A stretch of DNA of 64,000 bases from Octopus vulgaris (taxonomy: Eukaryota), in assembly GCA_951406725.2 (NCBI GenBank), contig OX597838.1, forward strand, positions 27,466,001 to 27,530,000, in the 5' to 3' direction. Every line of letters starts with the position of its first letter. Positions within the stretch are counted from its first letter, which is position 1. Of this stretch, positions 42,240 to 54,579 are shown in pieces. The translations under genes were made by a program, and so were the position numbers. A model generated the notes under the pieces. The model was not told the DNA's origin and did no database searches. It saw only the letters and a list, made by a program, of their open reading frames with translations.

Positions 42240-42640
42240 ATTATTATTATTATTGAGTGAGAGAGCAGTGCATGCAATCAAAGTGACACTGGGGTAAAAT
42301 ATACGAAGCCCAGTATACCCGTCATGACTACCCGTCTGATAAGGGTACACTAGGCACATGCATCACAACCATATGTGCGCGACATGGTGATCTCATATCA
42401 AGATAAACAGCACATGACCTTGCAGGTGGGGCCTAGTTAGAATTTTCTTCAGGTCGAGTAACCCATCCCACTCGAAAGGTCCCTGAATAAGGGTTGTTTA
42501 AGGATGTTGAAAGAACCACCCATGTTTCCAGAGGTGAATTATTCAAACTCCAAAGAATCCCTCTCAACACACGGCTATGATGCTCCCCCACTACTTCTGC
42601 TCGTGATCAGAGATGCACATATCGTCAGCCACTAAGGGAC
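42240..42640 (-). mobile_element. ~390-bp retroposon with (AAT)n tail, unclassified
   Basis: GC-richer block bounded by ATT repeats on both sides; minus strand ends CTCTCTCACTC(AAT)n. Confidence 0.55.
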
Positions 42641-42799
42641 TATTATTATTTTTATTAAGTACCAGTAAAACAGTACTAGTAATAATAATGGTGGAAGAAC
42701 TTGGCAGTGGGTGGATTCTAGATCCAAAGTAGATTCTTCTATTTTACATTATTGCAGAACACAAAACATACTAGGAACAGTTTTTTTTTTCTCTTTATG

Positions 42800-43945
42800 T
42801 AGATATTGTGTGTGTATATGTGTGTATAATGTACATAGTTTTTGTGTGTGTGTATAATGTTTTCTATTGTTTGCTTGTATGTATGTGTGTATGTGTGTGT
42901 ACATTTTCTTTGTGTTTATATTTCTTTTCTCTGTATATTGCTTCTGTGTGTATATTGCTTCTGCATGCTTGTATATTTGTTTTTGTGAGTGTATATTGTC
43001 TATTGTTTCCATGTGTGTATATTGTTTCTGTTTGTATATATTGTTTGTATGTTTACTGTTTCTGTACATATACTGCCTGTCTTTCCTCTCTGTGTATATT
43101 GTCTATTGTTTTTTTTTTTGTGTGTATGTATATATAGTTTCTCTGTGTGTTGTGTTAATGCATTGAGTGAGTCTATGAGTGTGTGTATTTATATTGAGTG
43201 TGTGTGTATATATATATATACACACAGTCTGCATATGTTGCTGGAAGTGAGTGCATACATTGTATCTCTTCTCTATATTCCTATGTGCACACATACTATA
43301 TTCACGTGCACGTGTGTATATTAACATACATTGTGTGTGTTTGTATTTGATAGCTAAGCTTTATTTCAACTAGATATAGATAAGAAGTTTGAATTAAATT
43401 ATTTGTTGCTCGTCTTTTATACACCCACCCCACTTTGTTACTAAATAAATAGAAAACCAATAACTATAATCAGTGTTTTGTGTCTTTTTCTTTAATTTAT
43501 TTTTAGAGCTGAGTAAATAAATAGATACATACTGTGTGTGTGTATGTGTGTATGTATATATATATATATATATATATTTGTGTGTGTGTATATATGTGTT
43601 TATATATTTGTGTGTATATATCTATATATATGTTTATGCGTATGTTTATATATATGTTTGTGTGTGTGTATATATATATGTATATATATATTTGTGTGTG
43701 TATATATATGTTTGTGTGTGTGTATATCTATATGTATATATGTTTATGTGTGTGTGTATATCTATAAGTATATATGTTTATGTGTGTGTGCGTATATATA
43801 TATATATATATATATATATGTTTATGTGTAATTATTATATATGTTTGTGTGTATATATATGTATATACATTTATGTGTGTATATTATATGTTTGTGTGTA
43901 TATATATGTATATACATATGTGTGTGTGTATATGTGTGTATAGAT
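42800..43945. repeat. Degenerate TG/TA minisatellite tracts
   Basis: TGTATATTG(T/C)...TTT units at 42800-43140; (TA)n-TTTG(TG)n units at 43530-43945. Confidence 0.85.
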
Positions 43946-44232
43946 TAGTGTAGCAAGCATTTCATTTGAAGAACGGTTTATTAACAGTTGTTTCATAAAG
44001 ATTAGAAGTTTGATGCTTTGTGTGTGGGTGTATGTGTGTTTGTGAGGTGGGGTAGATATACATACGCACCCACCCACGTGTGTGTGTGTGTATGCGTGTA
44101 TTTTCCTCATATACACGTACCATTAATATAATCCTGAAGTAGATTCAGTGTGACATTGTGACAGGATAGATTTCAGTTCCATGTGTTTGTCTCTGCATAT
44201 GTGTGCATACATACGTAGTGTTTGTGTGTGTG

Positions 44233-44298
<66 letters not shown>

Positions 44299-44859
44299 TA
44301 TCCTTCAATTTCCGTCTACCAAATCCACTTACAAGGCTTTGATCGGCCCAAAGCTATAGTAGAAGATACTTGCCCAAGTAGCCACGCAGTGTGTGTGTGT
44401 GTATGTGTAACTTTATGTACATACGCATACATACATGCACATGCACACACTCATACTCTCAAACATATACACATACAAGTATGTAATCTCATGTGTACTT
44501 TTTCTAAGCCCTTGTGATTCTTCTTGATTTCTGTTATGCTGAACCCTTTAGCATTTAAATCAACCACATCTGGCCTGAATATTCTACCTATTTTATGTTT
44601 AAACTGACACCTACCTGCTCACATCTACCCTACAGTGTCATTCTGACAATAAGCAATCACACCATTGAAATCTCAAAGCTGTGAGATAATGCATGATTAA
44701 TTCAAAACAATGTGAACCAATAAGCATTATTATATTCGAAAGAGTCAACCGAATGCTAAACTGGCCCAAATGTTCTATTTGTTTTATGTTCAAACTGACC
44801 AGATTTGGCCTCTCACACCTACCCTACAATGTCATTTAAAAATAGACAATCTCATCATT

Positions 44860-45404
44860 TCGTCAACATCAAAATAACAATTCAAATGGAAATTGCAGTT
44901 AAGACACCCGTATCGGTGACACGTAAAAAGCACCGTCCGAACGTGGCAGATACTAGCGCCACCTGACTGGCGTCCATGTCGGTGACACGTAAAAGCACCA
45001 ACCAATCGTGGCCATTTGCCAGCCTGCTCTGGCCCCTGTGCTGGTGGCACGTAAAAAAACACCCATTACACTCATGGAGTGGTTGGCGTTAGGAAGGGCA
45101 TCCAGCTGTAGAAACACTGCCAAATCAGACTGGAGCCTGGTGCAGCCTCCATGGCTTGCCAGACTCCGGTCGAACCGTCCAACCCATGCTAGCATGGTAA
45201 ACGGACGTTAAATGATGATGATGTTTGCAAGATTCTTTATGTCAGTTTGTGTGTTGAAGCATATACTGTTGTGTCTGGGGAGAGTCATTTTCTTTTTGTG
45301 CCTTATTATGTAACACACTCACCTATAAAATTTCCACTTTTTTTTCTTATTTTTATTTTCCTAAAATGTTTGTTGCATCTTGCAACCTTTTCAATAGTTT
45401 TGAC
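44860..45404 (+). mobile_element. Family 3 element plus ~180-bp extra segment inside a piggyBac MITE, flanked by a 10-bp duplication
   Basis: TCTCATCATT at 44850-44859 and 45405-45414; MITE sequence continues on both sides. Confidence 0.75.
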
Positions 45405-45632
45405 TCTCATCATTGAAATCTCAAAACCATGAGAAAATGCATGATTAATTCAAAACTATGTGAATAAATAAGCGTTATATTCAAGAGAGTAATCTAAGTA
45501 CTAAAGGGTTAAATGTTTGCTCTATATATGTGTGTGTGTGTGACTTCCTTGCATTAGTCCCCTACACACCCTTCAGTTTTTCTGAAGAGAGAATGCTGAG
45601 ATTCACAATCATAATGTTCTCTCTTTCTCTTT

Positions 45633-45666
<34 letters not shown>

Positions 45667-46114
45667 TGTGTGTGTACACCTATCTATCAAGCAATCTGCC
45701 TCTCCTTGTTGTTTGTCTATCAGTGTGTGTTGTGCAAACCCTGCACCTTACTAAGCCATCTCCTTGTAGTTATTTATGTATGTATGCATGCATGCATGTG
45801 TGTTTGTGTATGTATGGTTGTATCTGTCTGTGTGCGTATTTCCAAATGGTGGTGTTGACCTGATGGTGGTTTGGTGCAGTGGCTGGCAGACAATTGTACC
45901 CCACAACATGTGTCGAAGTAGCTTCTGTTTTTCTTTCTTTTTTTGTTTTTTGTATTTTTATTTTCCTTTTTAACTTATCTGAGGTGTGTAACAGAGATTG
46001 TTAACGAGAACATTTGGTTGTAGTTTTAAGAAGGCAGTAGAGGAGGGAAGGGAGCGAGGAGTGGTGGGCGAGGTTGGGGTGCGGTGGGGGGGGGGGTCAG
46101 GTGCTGGTCAGAGG

Positions 46115-46148
<34 letters not shown>

Positions 46149-46539
46149 AAGTCGGACAGCATCTGGTTGAAATAATTGCAGCTTTGGTAAGAATTGCATC
46201 ACTAACACTTCTGATGGATTTTATAGGAGAGGAAACAGGTCTATCAACACAACAGCAACATACATGTATATACTGAACACCATGTGTGTATGTGTGTGTG
46301 TATATATATATATATATAATGCTTGTACACATTTATATAAATATGTATGTACATATATTCAAATATATACATATGTACATGTATATATATATGTGTGTGT
46401 GTACAAATATATACATATATGTACAAATGAATATACATATGTGTATGTATGTATATATATGCAAATGAATATACCTATATGTACATGTATATACACCAAT
46501 GTGTATATATATGTGTGTATATATATGAGCATATATATA

Positions 46540-46613
<74 letters not shown>

Positions 46614-46659
46614 TTCGCATACACATACTTTTGCTCATGCATGCATATGTATATTTTCC

Positions 46660-46693
<34 letters not shown>

Positions 46694-47229
46694 TATACAA
46701 TCCTTATTATATACAAATATTTAGATGTCAAGATGGCGGTAGTTTATGGAAGGGACTAAGACCTGGGATAATATTTACATTAATGAATCACATTGAGGGT
46801 GTCTGTTTGTCCCTGCAGATCCAAAACATATATACACAAACACCTAGCAACATGCACACGTACACAGACCAACGTGCACGCACGCAAACACACACGAACA
46901 CATGTGCACGTTATAGGCTATAAAATTTTATACGAAGTCTTAAAGCCATTTTACTGCTGTGTGTTTTCTGTAGTCCCTTATTATCCTCTCCACTCCCTAT
47001 TTTTTTTCCTACCCTGATCTTTCCATCATTGTTCATTTCTGTTGAATATTCTAATAGTCTAAATAGCTCATCATGTAGCTGGCTTCTTTTGTTGCTTGAA
47101 CGGCATTGACGTCATCATTCCTGCCTTTCTGTCTGTCCGTGTGTCTGTCTGTTTTCGTCTCCGTGCTATATTCGCATGAAAACATGGAATTTTTCAGGTT
47201 GGGCTTCTTCAGTTGTTTGTTGTAACTAT

Positions 47230-47627
47230 GGGTAGCTGTGATGATACCAGTGCCGGTGGCACGTAAGGTAGCTGTGATACCAGTGCTGGTGGCACATAAG
47301 AGAACCATCCGAACGTGGCCGTTGCCAGCGCCACCCCGACAGGCCTCCGTGCTGGTGGCACGTAAAAAGCACCATCTGATTGTGGCCGTTGCCAGCGCCA
47401 CCCCGACAGGCCTCCGTGCTGATGGCACGTAAAAAGCACCATCTGATTGTGGCCGTTGCCAGCCTCGTCTGGCACCTGTGCAGGTGGCACATAAAAAGCA
47501 CCCACTACACTCACGGAGTGGTTGGCGTTAGGAAGGGCATCCAGCTGTAGAAACACTGCCAGATCAGACTGGGTTGAACCGTCCAACCCATGCTAGCATG
47601 GAAAACGGACGTTAAATGATGATGATG
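47230..47627 (+). mobile_element. Family 3 element with five internal units
   Basis: GTGC-N-G(G/A)TG-GCAC-RTAA motif at 47250, 47283, 47349, 47416 and 47478; RTE-like segment; (GAT)n tail. Confidence 0.9.
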
Positions 47628-48552
47628 GGTGCGGTTGCAGCTCTGTAAGTAAGAGGTTCGATTCAGAATCTGGGGGTTCTTTGGAAGGCCCCCCCCTCCA
47701 CAACCAAGATGTGACCTAGTGGGGAGAATGTTTGACTCATGAGCGTGATGCCATCTTTTACTTGTTTCAAGTCATTGGACTGCGGCCAGGCTGGGGCACT
47801 TGAAGGGTCTTGGTCGAACAGATTGATTCCAATGCTTATTTCTTAAGCCTGTTACTTGTTCCATTGGTCTCTTTTGCCAAACCACAAAGTTACAGAGATG
47901 TAAACAAACCAAGATAGGTTGTTAAGTGATGGTTGGGGACAATCACAGAGCCACACACACACACCAGGCTTCTTTCAGTTATCATCTAACCAAATCCACT
48001 CAGAAGGCTTTGGTCAGCCCAGGGCTATGGAAGAAGACACTTGCCCACGGTGTCTTGCAGAGGGACTGAACCTGGAACCATGTGGTTGGGAAGCAAATTT
48101 CTCCCTTGTTTCTAATCCAACCCTTAGGTGCTTTTGGTGAAGTTTACTCTGTTGCCAGCATTTGGATCATGTTCCTTAATCTGAAGACATTATTTTAGTC
48201 TTCCGTTTTTATCACCAACCTCTGCAATCATCATCATCATCATCACCATCATCATTTAATGCCTGTTTTCCATGTTGGCATGAGCAGTTTGGTTCAACAT
48301 GAACTGGCGAGTCAGAAGACTGCACCAATCCTTGCTGTCTGTTTTGGCATGGTTTCTTCAGCTGGATGCCTTTTCTAATGCCAACCTCTTTGCAGAGTGT
48401 ACTGGGTCCCTTTTTATGTGGCCCCAGCTGCAGTGAGGTCACCAAGAAACTTCGCAGGACAAGAGCCCCTCAGTCGATGGTGAGAGGCAGGGGCATAGTA
48501 TTGAGAGACAGAAAAGGTGCTTTGCATTAGAAGAGAAACATGGCTACCTTAA

Positions 48553-48772
48553 CCCTTTTGTTACCCTATTTCTGTTGAGATGCTCTGTGTTTCTTTCAAT
48601 TAATTTTAGATATAACAAAGAATTTAGTAAAATAAAATAGTTATCATTCAGCTAGTGTTAGGAACATAAATTGTGATTAAGGTTTGGTGGAAGATTTTAA
48701 TTCAAACTTATGAAAACAAGATATTTGTACTACAGAGTAGAGCCGGTTTCAGCTGGGTTGGTAACGAAAGGG
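48553..48772. mobile_element. piggyBac-type MITE family B
   Basis: TTAA|CCCTTTTGTTAC ... GTAACGAAAGGG|TTAA. Confidence 0.9.
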
Positions 48773-48970
48773 TTAAAAGGAGAAAGAGAGAGAGAGAGAT
48801 GTGATGGGGAAAGGGGTATGGACCATACATCCAAATTACAGAGACATTTATATTGTGAAGTGGACCATGGATTGGAGACGGTGAGTGAACCAGGTGGATT
48901 CACAAGACTGCAAAAGGAGAGTGGGAGATGAAGGGAGGATGTCTACTTGTATGTATATACATATTTACCT

Positions 48971-49134
48971 GCAGGAGTGGCTGTGTGGTAAGTAGCTTGC
49001 TAACCAACCACATGGTTCCGGGTTCAGTCCCACTGCGTGGCATCTTGGGCAAGTGTCTTCTGCTATAGCCCCGGGCCGACCAATGCCTTGTGAGTGGATT
49101 TGGTAGACGGAAACTGAAAGAAGCCTTTCGTATA

Positions 49135-49199
<65 letters not shown>

Positions 49200-49416
49200 A
49201 TGTGCTTGTGTGTCTGTGTTTGTCCCCCTAGGATTGTTTGACAACCGATGCTGGTGTGTTTACGTCCCCATCACTTAGCGGTTCGGCAAAAGAGACCGAT
49301 AGAATAAATACTGGGCTTACAAAGAATAAGTCCCGGGGTCGATTTGCTCGACTAAAGGCGGTGCTCCAGCATGGCCGCAGTCAAATGACTGAAACAAGTA
49401 AAAGAGTAAAAGAGAG
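48971..49416 (+). mobile_element. SINE family 2, near full length, low divergence
   Basis: Closely matches 60051-60463. Confidence 0.9.
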
Positions 49417-49420
49417 TATC

Positions 49421-49451
<31 letters not shown>

Positions 49452-50477
49452 GTGTGTGTGTATTATACATACACACACACATATATATATATAAAAATAC
49501 ATCTATAAACACACACACACACATACACACACACACATTTATGTATATGCATATTAAGTTTATGTTGTAAATACTAACAGCCTATACACACATGGATTGA
49601 CAATATTTCTGCTGAGTGTACGAAAGCTACTTTATATAATGCAAGCTTTGGAAATGTGTTGGCATTTGGAAATAAAATCTTTATGTTAAAAACGGAGACA
49701 GGAGCACACTGCTGCAGACAGCAGAAGAAAGTGCCATGATTAGAGTGGAACCAGGAGACGTACAATATGCATATGAATAATAAACCAGGTTTCTGTTAAG
49801 CTAGGGAAAAGTGACTGGCAAAGACAATCTCTCTTAAGATTAACATACTACAGCAGGCTTAAGACCAGAAATGGATGGAAGATAGAAACTGGTAGGAGAG
49901 AAAGAAAGGAAGGGGTAGGGCGGGGCGGGGGGAGAGTCTTATGGATTGAATGTTCTAAAATAGAGACAGGCAGATTATATTAAAAGACAGAATGTAACTG
50001 AAGACATTTCGGTGATTTAGAAAGCAAATAATGATATAAATATTGAAAGTTTTCGCAAAGGTGAAAGAATAGACCGCTTCAGTTTTATGCGAATACGGAA
50101 GCTAAAAGTAGCATATTGTAGCTTGTGTTTCATATTTATTATTTGATGATGTAATTCGGTGCTTGACCTGGGTTGGCGTGGCCATGCTGTAGCTACATCA
50201 TCCAGGATGGAATCGGGTTGTCAGGTGAATTCGGTCAGGGGTTGTTTTTTTTTTTGTTTGCTTATGTTTTTTTTTTTTCTTTTTGGTATGCCATCGTTTG
50301 TAAGTCAGATTCAAATTTCAAAAAATGATAAACAAAACCTGTAGAGGAAGAAGAAGAGGACTACAGAAAAAAAATAATAAAAAACAATAAGATACATTTT
50401 GTGTTAATCCAAAGAACATTAGAAAGAAAAACGAGTGAATTTAATCCAACAACCCAAATGCATAACATATTTTTTAT

Positions 50478-50509
50478 TTATGTATGTATGTATGTATGTC
50501 TGTATATGT

Positions 50510-50565
<56 letters not shown>

Positions 50566-51185
50566 GTATATGTATGTATGTATGTGTATGTATATATATA
50601 TATGTATGTATGTGTATGTATATATATATGTATGTATGTGTATGTATATATATATGTATGTATGTGTATGTATATATATGTATGTATGTATATATATATA
50701 TGTATGTATGTGTATGTATATATATATGTATGTATGTGTATGTATATATATATGTATGTATGTGTATGTATATATATATGTATGTATGTGTATATATATA
50801 TATATGTATGTATGTGTATATATATATATATATGTATGTGTATATATATATATATGTATGGGTATATATATATATATATATGTATGTATGTGTATATATA
50901 TATATGTATGTATGTGTATATATATATATGTATGTATGTATGTGTATATATATATATATGTATGTATGTGTATATATATATATATATGTATGTATGTGTA
51001 TATATATATATATATGTATGTATGTGTATATATATATATATATGTATGTATGTGTATATATATATATATGTATGTATGTGTATATATATATATGTATGTA
51101 TGTGTATATATATGTATGTGTGTATATATATATATGTATATATATATGTATGTAGGTATGTGTATGTATATATATGTAGGTATAT
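50478..51185. repeat. Higher-order (TA)n-TGTATGTATGTG microsatellite
   Basis: Direct inspection. Confidence 0.95.
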
Positions 51186-52679
51186 TTATTTTTTGAGTTG
51201 TCAGATAAATTCATTCATTCTTCTGCTGTTGTTTTTTTTTCTACGTGGCATTCCATCGTCATTGGTCTGAAAAGAGGTAAAATTTTGTTCAGATTTTGAA
51301 AATTATAAACAAAATTTGTAGAGGAAGAAGCGAATTACAAAAGCACCATGAAACACGATGATAAAAGAATTTTTCATGTTAATTCAAATAGCATTGGGAA
51401 AGGTTAAAATAAATCTTTTCTCTTTTACTTGTATCAGTCATTGGACTGTGGCCATGCTGGGGCACCACCTCAAAATGTTTTTAGTAGAACGAATCAACTC
51501 CAGTACTTATTTTTTTTTTGAAGCCTAGTATTTATTATATCAGTCTCTTTTGTCAAACTGCTCAGTTACAGAGACATAAGCAAACCAACACTGGTTGTCA
51601 TGCTGCGGTGGGGGATAAACACAGTCTGGTACTTATTTTATTGCTCTTTTTTGCTGAACTGCTAAGTTACAGGAACATAAACCAATATTGGTTGTCAAGC
51701 AACACAGACACTAACAAGTTTCCTTAAGCAGGATTTGAACCCAGAGTGCAGAGACTTCGTACAAATACTGTGAAACACTCTAACAATTCTGCCAATTTCC
51801 CTGTTATAAGACAAAACACAATTATAGCTTTTGACTGATCTGGGTTTTCCTTCTAAATACCACATACATGTACATATATTAACTGTTTAATATAGCAATA
51901 TATAATAACGGAATATACTTTAGCTGTTTGATGAAGTAATCACTGCTAGACATGCTTTCTCCTGCATGACTCTCTAATTATCCTGCAAACATTGACTGAG
52001 ATGAATTTAATCTGTTGCTATTTCTATAACTCAGCAGGAACAAATGTATAATTTTGTAAAAATAGATATACAGACAGACACCCATATTTAGTGCTGCTGT
52101 GAAATTAGGTTGTGTCTTTTGATAGCGGGACTTTTACAGGAACAGCTTGAAGTGAAGATCAAATCCATGCACTTATCTCTTTTATTTCTATTATTTGTTT
52201 CAGTCATTAGACTGTGGCCATGCTGCAGCACTGCCTTGAATTTTCAGTTGAATGAACTGACCCCAGTACTTATTTATTTTGTTAAGCCTAGTACTTGTTC
52301 TGTTGATCTCTTTGCCAAACTGCTAAGTTACAGGAATGTAAACACACCATCACCGGTTGTCAAGAAACACACACATGCACACTCACATATGCATATATAT
52401 GATGGGCTTCTTTCAGTATCCGTCTACCAAATTCACTCACATGGCATTGGTTGGCCTGAAGCTATAGCCGAAGGTGCCACAGGTGCCATGCAGTGGGATT
52501 GAACCTGAAACCATTTGGTTGGGAAGCAAACTTCTTACCATACAGCCATGCCTGCACCTCACATTATTTCTACAACTCCCCAGAATAAGCTTCATTTTCT
52601 CCTCTTTGTTACTATAATAGCAGAAAGTACACCTCAGCACTGTATACAATAAACTCATTATAGATATATATATTTTGTT

Positions 52680-52907
52680 ATTTCTTTATTGCCCATAAGG
52701 GGATAAACATAGAGGGGACAAACAAGGACAGACAAAGGGATTAAGTCGATTACATCGACACCAGTGTGTAACAGGTACTTAATTTATTGACTCCCGAAAG
52801 GATGAAAGGCAAAGTTAACCTGGGCGGAATTTGAACTCAGAACATAACAGCAGACGAAATACCGCTAAGCATTTCGCCTGGCGTGCTAATGTTTCTGCCA
52901 GCTGGCC
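52680..52907 (-). mobile_element. SINE family 1, tail type a
   Basis: Reverse complement of the 7682 copy; (TA)n at the head end. Confidence 0.85.
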
Positions 52908-52931
52908 TATATATATATATATATATATATA

Positions 52932-53093
52932 TGTATCTTTCTGTGTTTCTTCTCTGTGTATCTTTCTGTTGAAGAGCGTAGGCTCGAAACGTAAAAAACT
53001 TGTTTTATTTATATTCCTGAGCGCCATACTAATACAATTGTTTGTTTGTATTCCACCTGCCTTCGTCTATTGTTTATTTTCAGAAAGCTTCTC

Positions 53094-53094
<1 letters not shown>
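52932..53094 (+). mobile_element. Penelope-like terminal fragment in (TA)n with minimal hammerhead-like motif
   Basis: 52961-52998: TCTTT-CTGTTGAA-GAGC GTAG GCTC-GAAAC GTA-AAAAA. Confidence 0.65.
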
Positions 53095-53142
<48 letters not shown>

Positions 53143-53188
53143 TTTTACCATTCATAATTTTTGTTCACTACATTTCATTAAGTACCTT

Positions 53189-53257
<69 letters not shown>

Positions 53258-54544
53258 TAAAACTCATTTATTGTACAAGGTTAATTATCAGGTTTTTAGC
53301 TATTAAATTACCAATGCAGCATGTACTATGAATAAATCTGTGTGTATTTAGTCTGGGTGTCATACTTGAATGTAATTTTCTTGTTAATATTTCAAGTTGA
53401 GGCAGTGAGCAGGCAGAATCGTTAACATACCAGGTAAAATGCTTAGCAGCATTTCATCCGCCTGAACATTATGAGTTCTAGTTGTGTCAGGGTTGACTTT
53501 ACTGTTCATCCTTTCAGGGTTGATGCATTTAGTATCAGTTGAGCCCTGGTGTGATGCCCCGAAATTGCTGGGCTTGCGCTGAAATTTGAAACCAATATTT
53601 CAGGCTACATATATATAAAAAAAATTTTCTTTAAATAATCTTATACAAGAATGTAATGTATCTAGAGTTGTTTTCCCATATCTCTTTTTCTCTTTTCTCT
53701 TTCTTTACTTGTTTCAGTCATTTGACTGTGGCCATGCTGGAGCACTGCCTTTAGTCGAGCAAATCAACCCCAGGACTTATTCTTTGTAAGCCTAGTACTT
53801 TTTCTGTCGGTCTCTTTTGCTGGACCGCTAATTTACGGGGACGTAAACACACCAGCATTGGTTGTCAAACAATGTTGGAGGGAGAAACACAGACACACAA
53901 ACATACATACACATACATATATATGACGAGCTTCTTTCAGTTTCCATCTACCAAATCCACTCACAAGGCTTTGGTCAGTCTGAGGCTATAGTGGGACTGA
54001 ACCCGGAACCATGTGCTTGGTAAGCAAGCTACTTACAACACAGCCACTCCTAGACCTCTGTGCAAATTAAGAACAGATATTGAATATTACTCATTGATGC
54101 AAAGCAGCAAGCTGGCAGAACCATTAGCATGCCAGGTCAGTAAAATAAGTACCAGTTGAATACTGGGGTTGATGTAATTGATTTACTCCCTCCCCCAAAT
54201 TGATGGCCTTGTGCCAAAATTTGAAATCAGTATTACTCATTGACTAATGTTTTGTTTTTTTGTGATAACATAAGTTTGATGTACTTTAGTTGTATACACT
54301 GTTAAATATGATAATTTACTTAATTGTATTATGTTTGGATAAACTTTGTGTTGATGTTTTGATAGACTTTTACTGCATAGCAATTGATAGATGTATAATG
54401 TTGCTTAGACTTTGACTGTGTAATGTTAGATGTGCTTCAATTGCATAATGTTGCCTATACATTAACTGTGTAATGTTTTAGTTATTCAGAAATATATGAG
54501 CAATATAACTTTAAATATTTATGTATTCAGCGACAAATGTGTTG

Positions 54545-54579
54545 TCATTTCTTTCTTTCTTTGTCTTTTATAGGTAAGT
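54545..54579 (+). promoter_or_regulatory. Candidate recursive splice site (3' acceptor directly followed by 5' donor)
   Basis: 23 of 25 pyrimidines (54545-54569), then ATAG|GTAAGT, in non-repetitive sequence. Confidence 0.55.

Noticed and set aside
42520-42640. Faint resemblance of the retroposon 5' part to a snoRNA or rRNA segment
   Set aside because: Only a few matching bases from memory; not supportable without a search.
47349-47373. Resemblance of the unit to the P1 and A-rich linker of pistol ribozymes
   Set aside because: P2, P3 and the conserved catalytic residues are not present; a generic H-type pseudoknot explains it.
47250-47503. CRISPR-like repeat-spacer appearance of the GGTGGCACGTAAAAAGCACC units
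   Set aside because: Eukaryotic context, no cas genes, the spacers are homologous to each other, and the array lies inside a retroposon.
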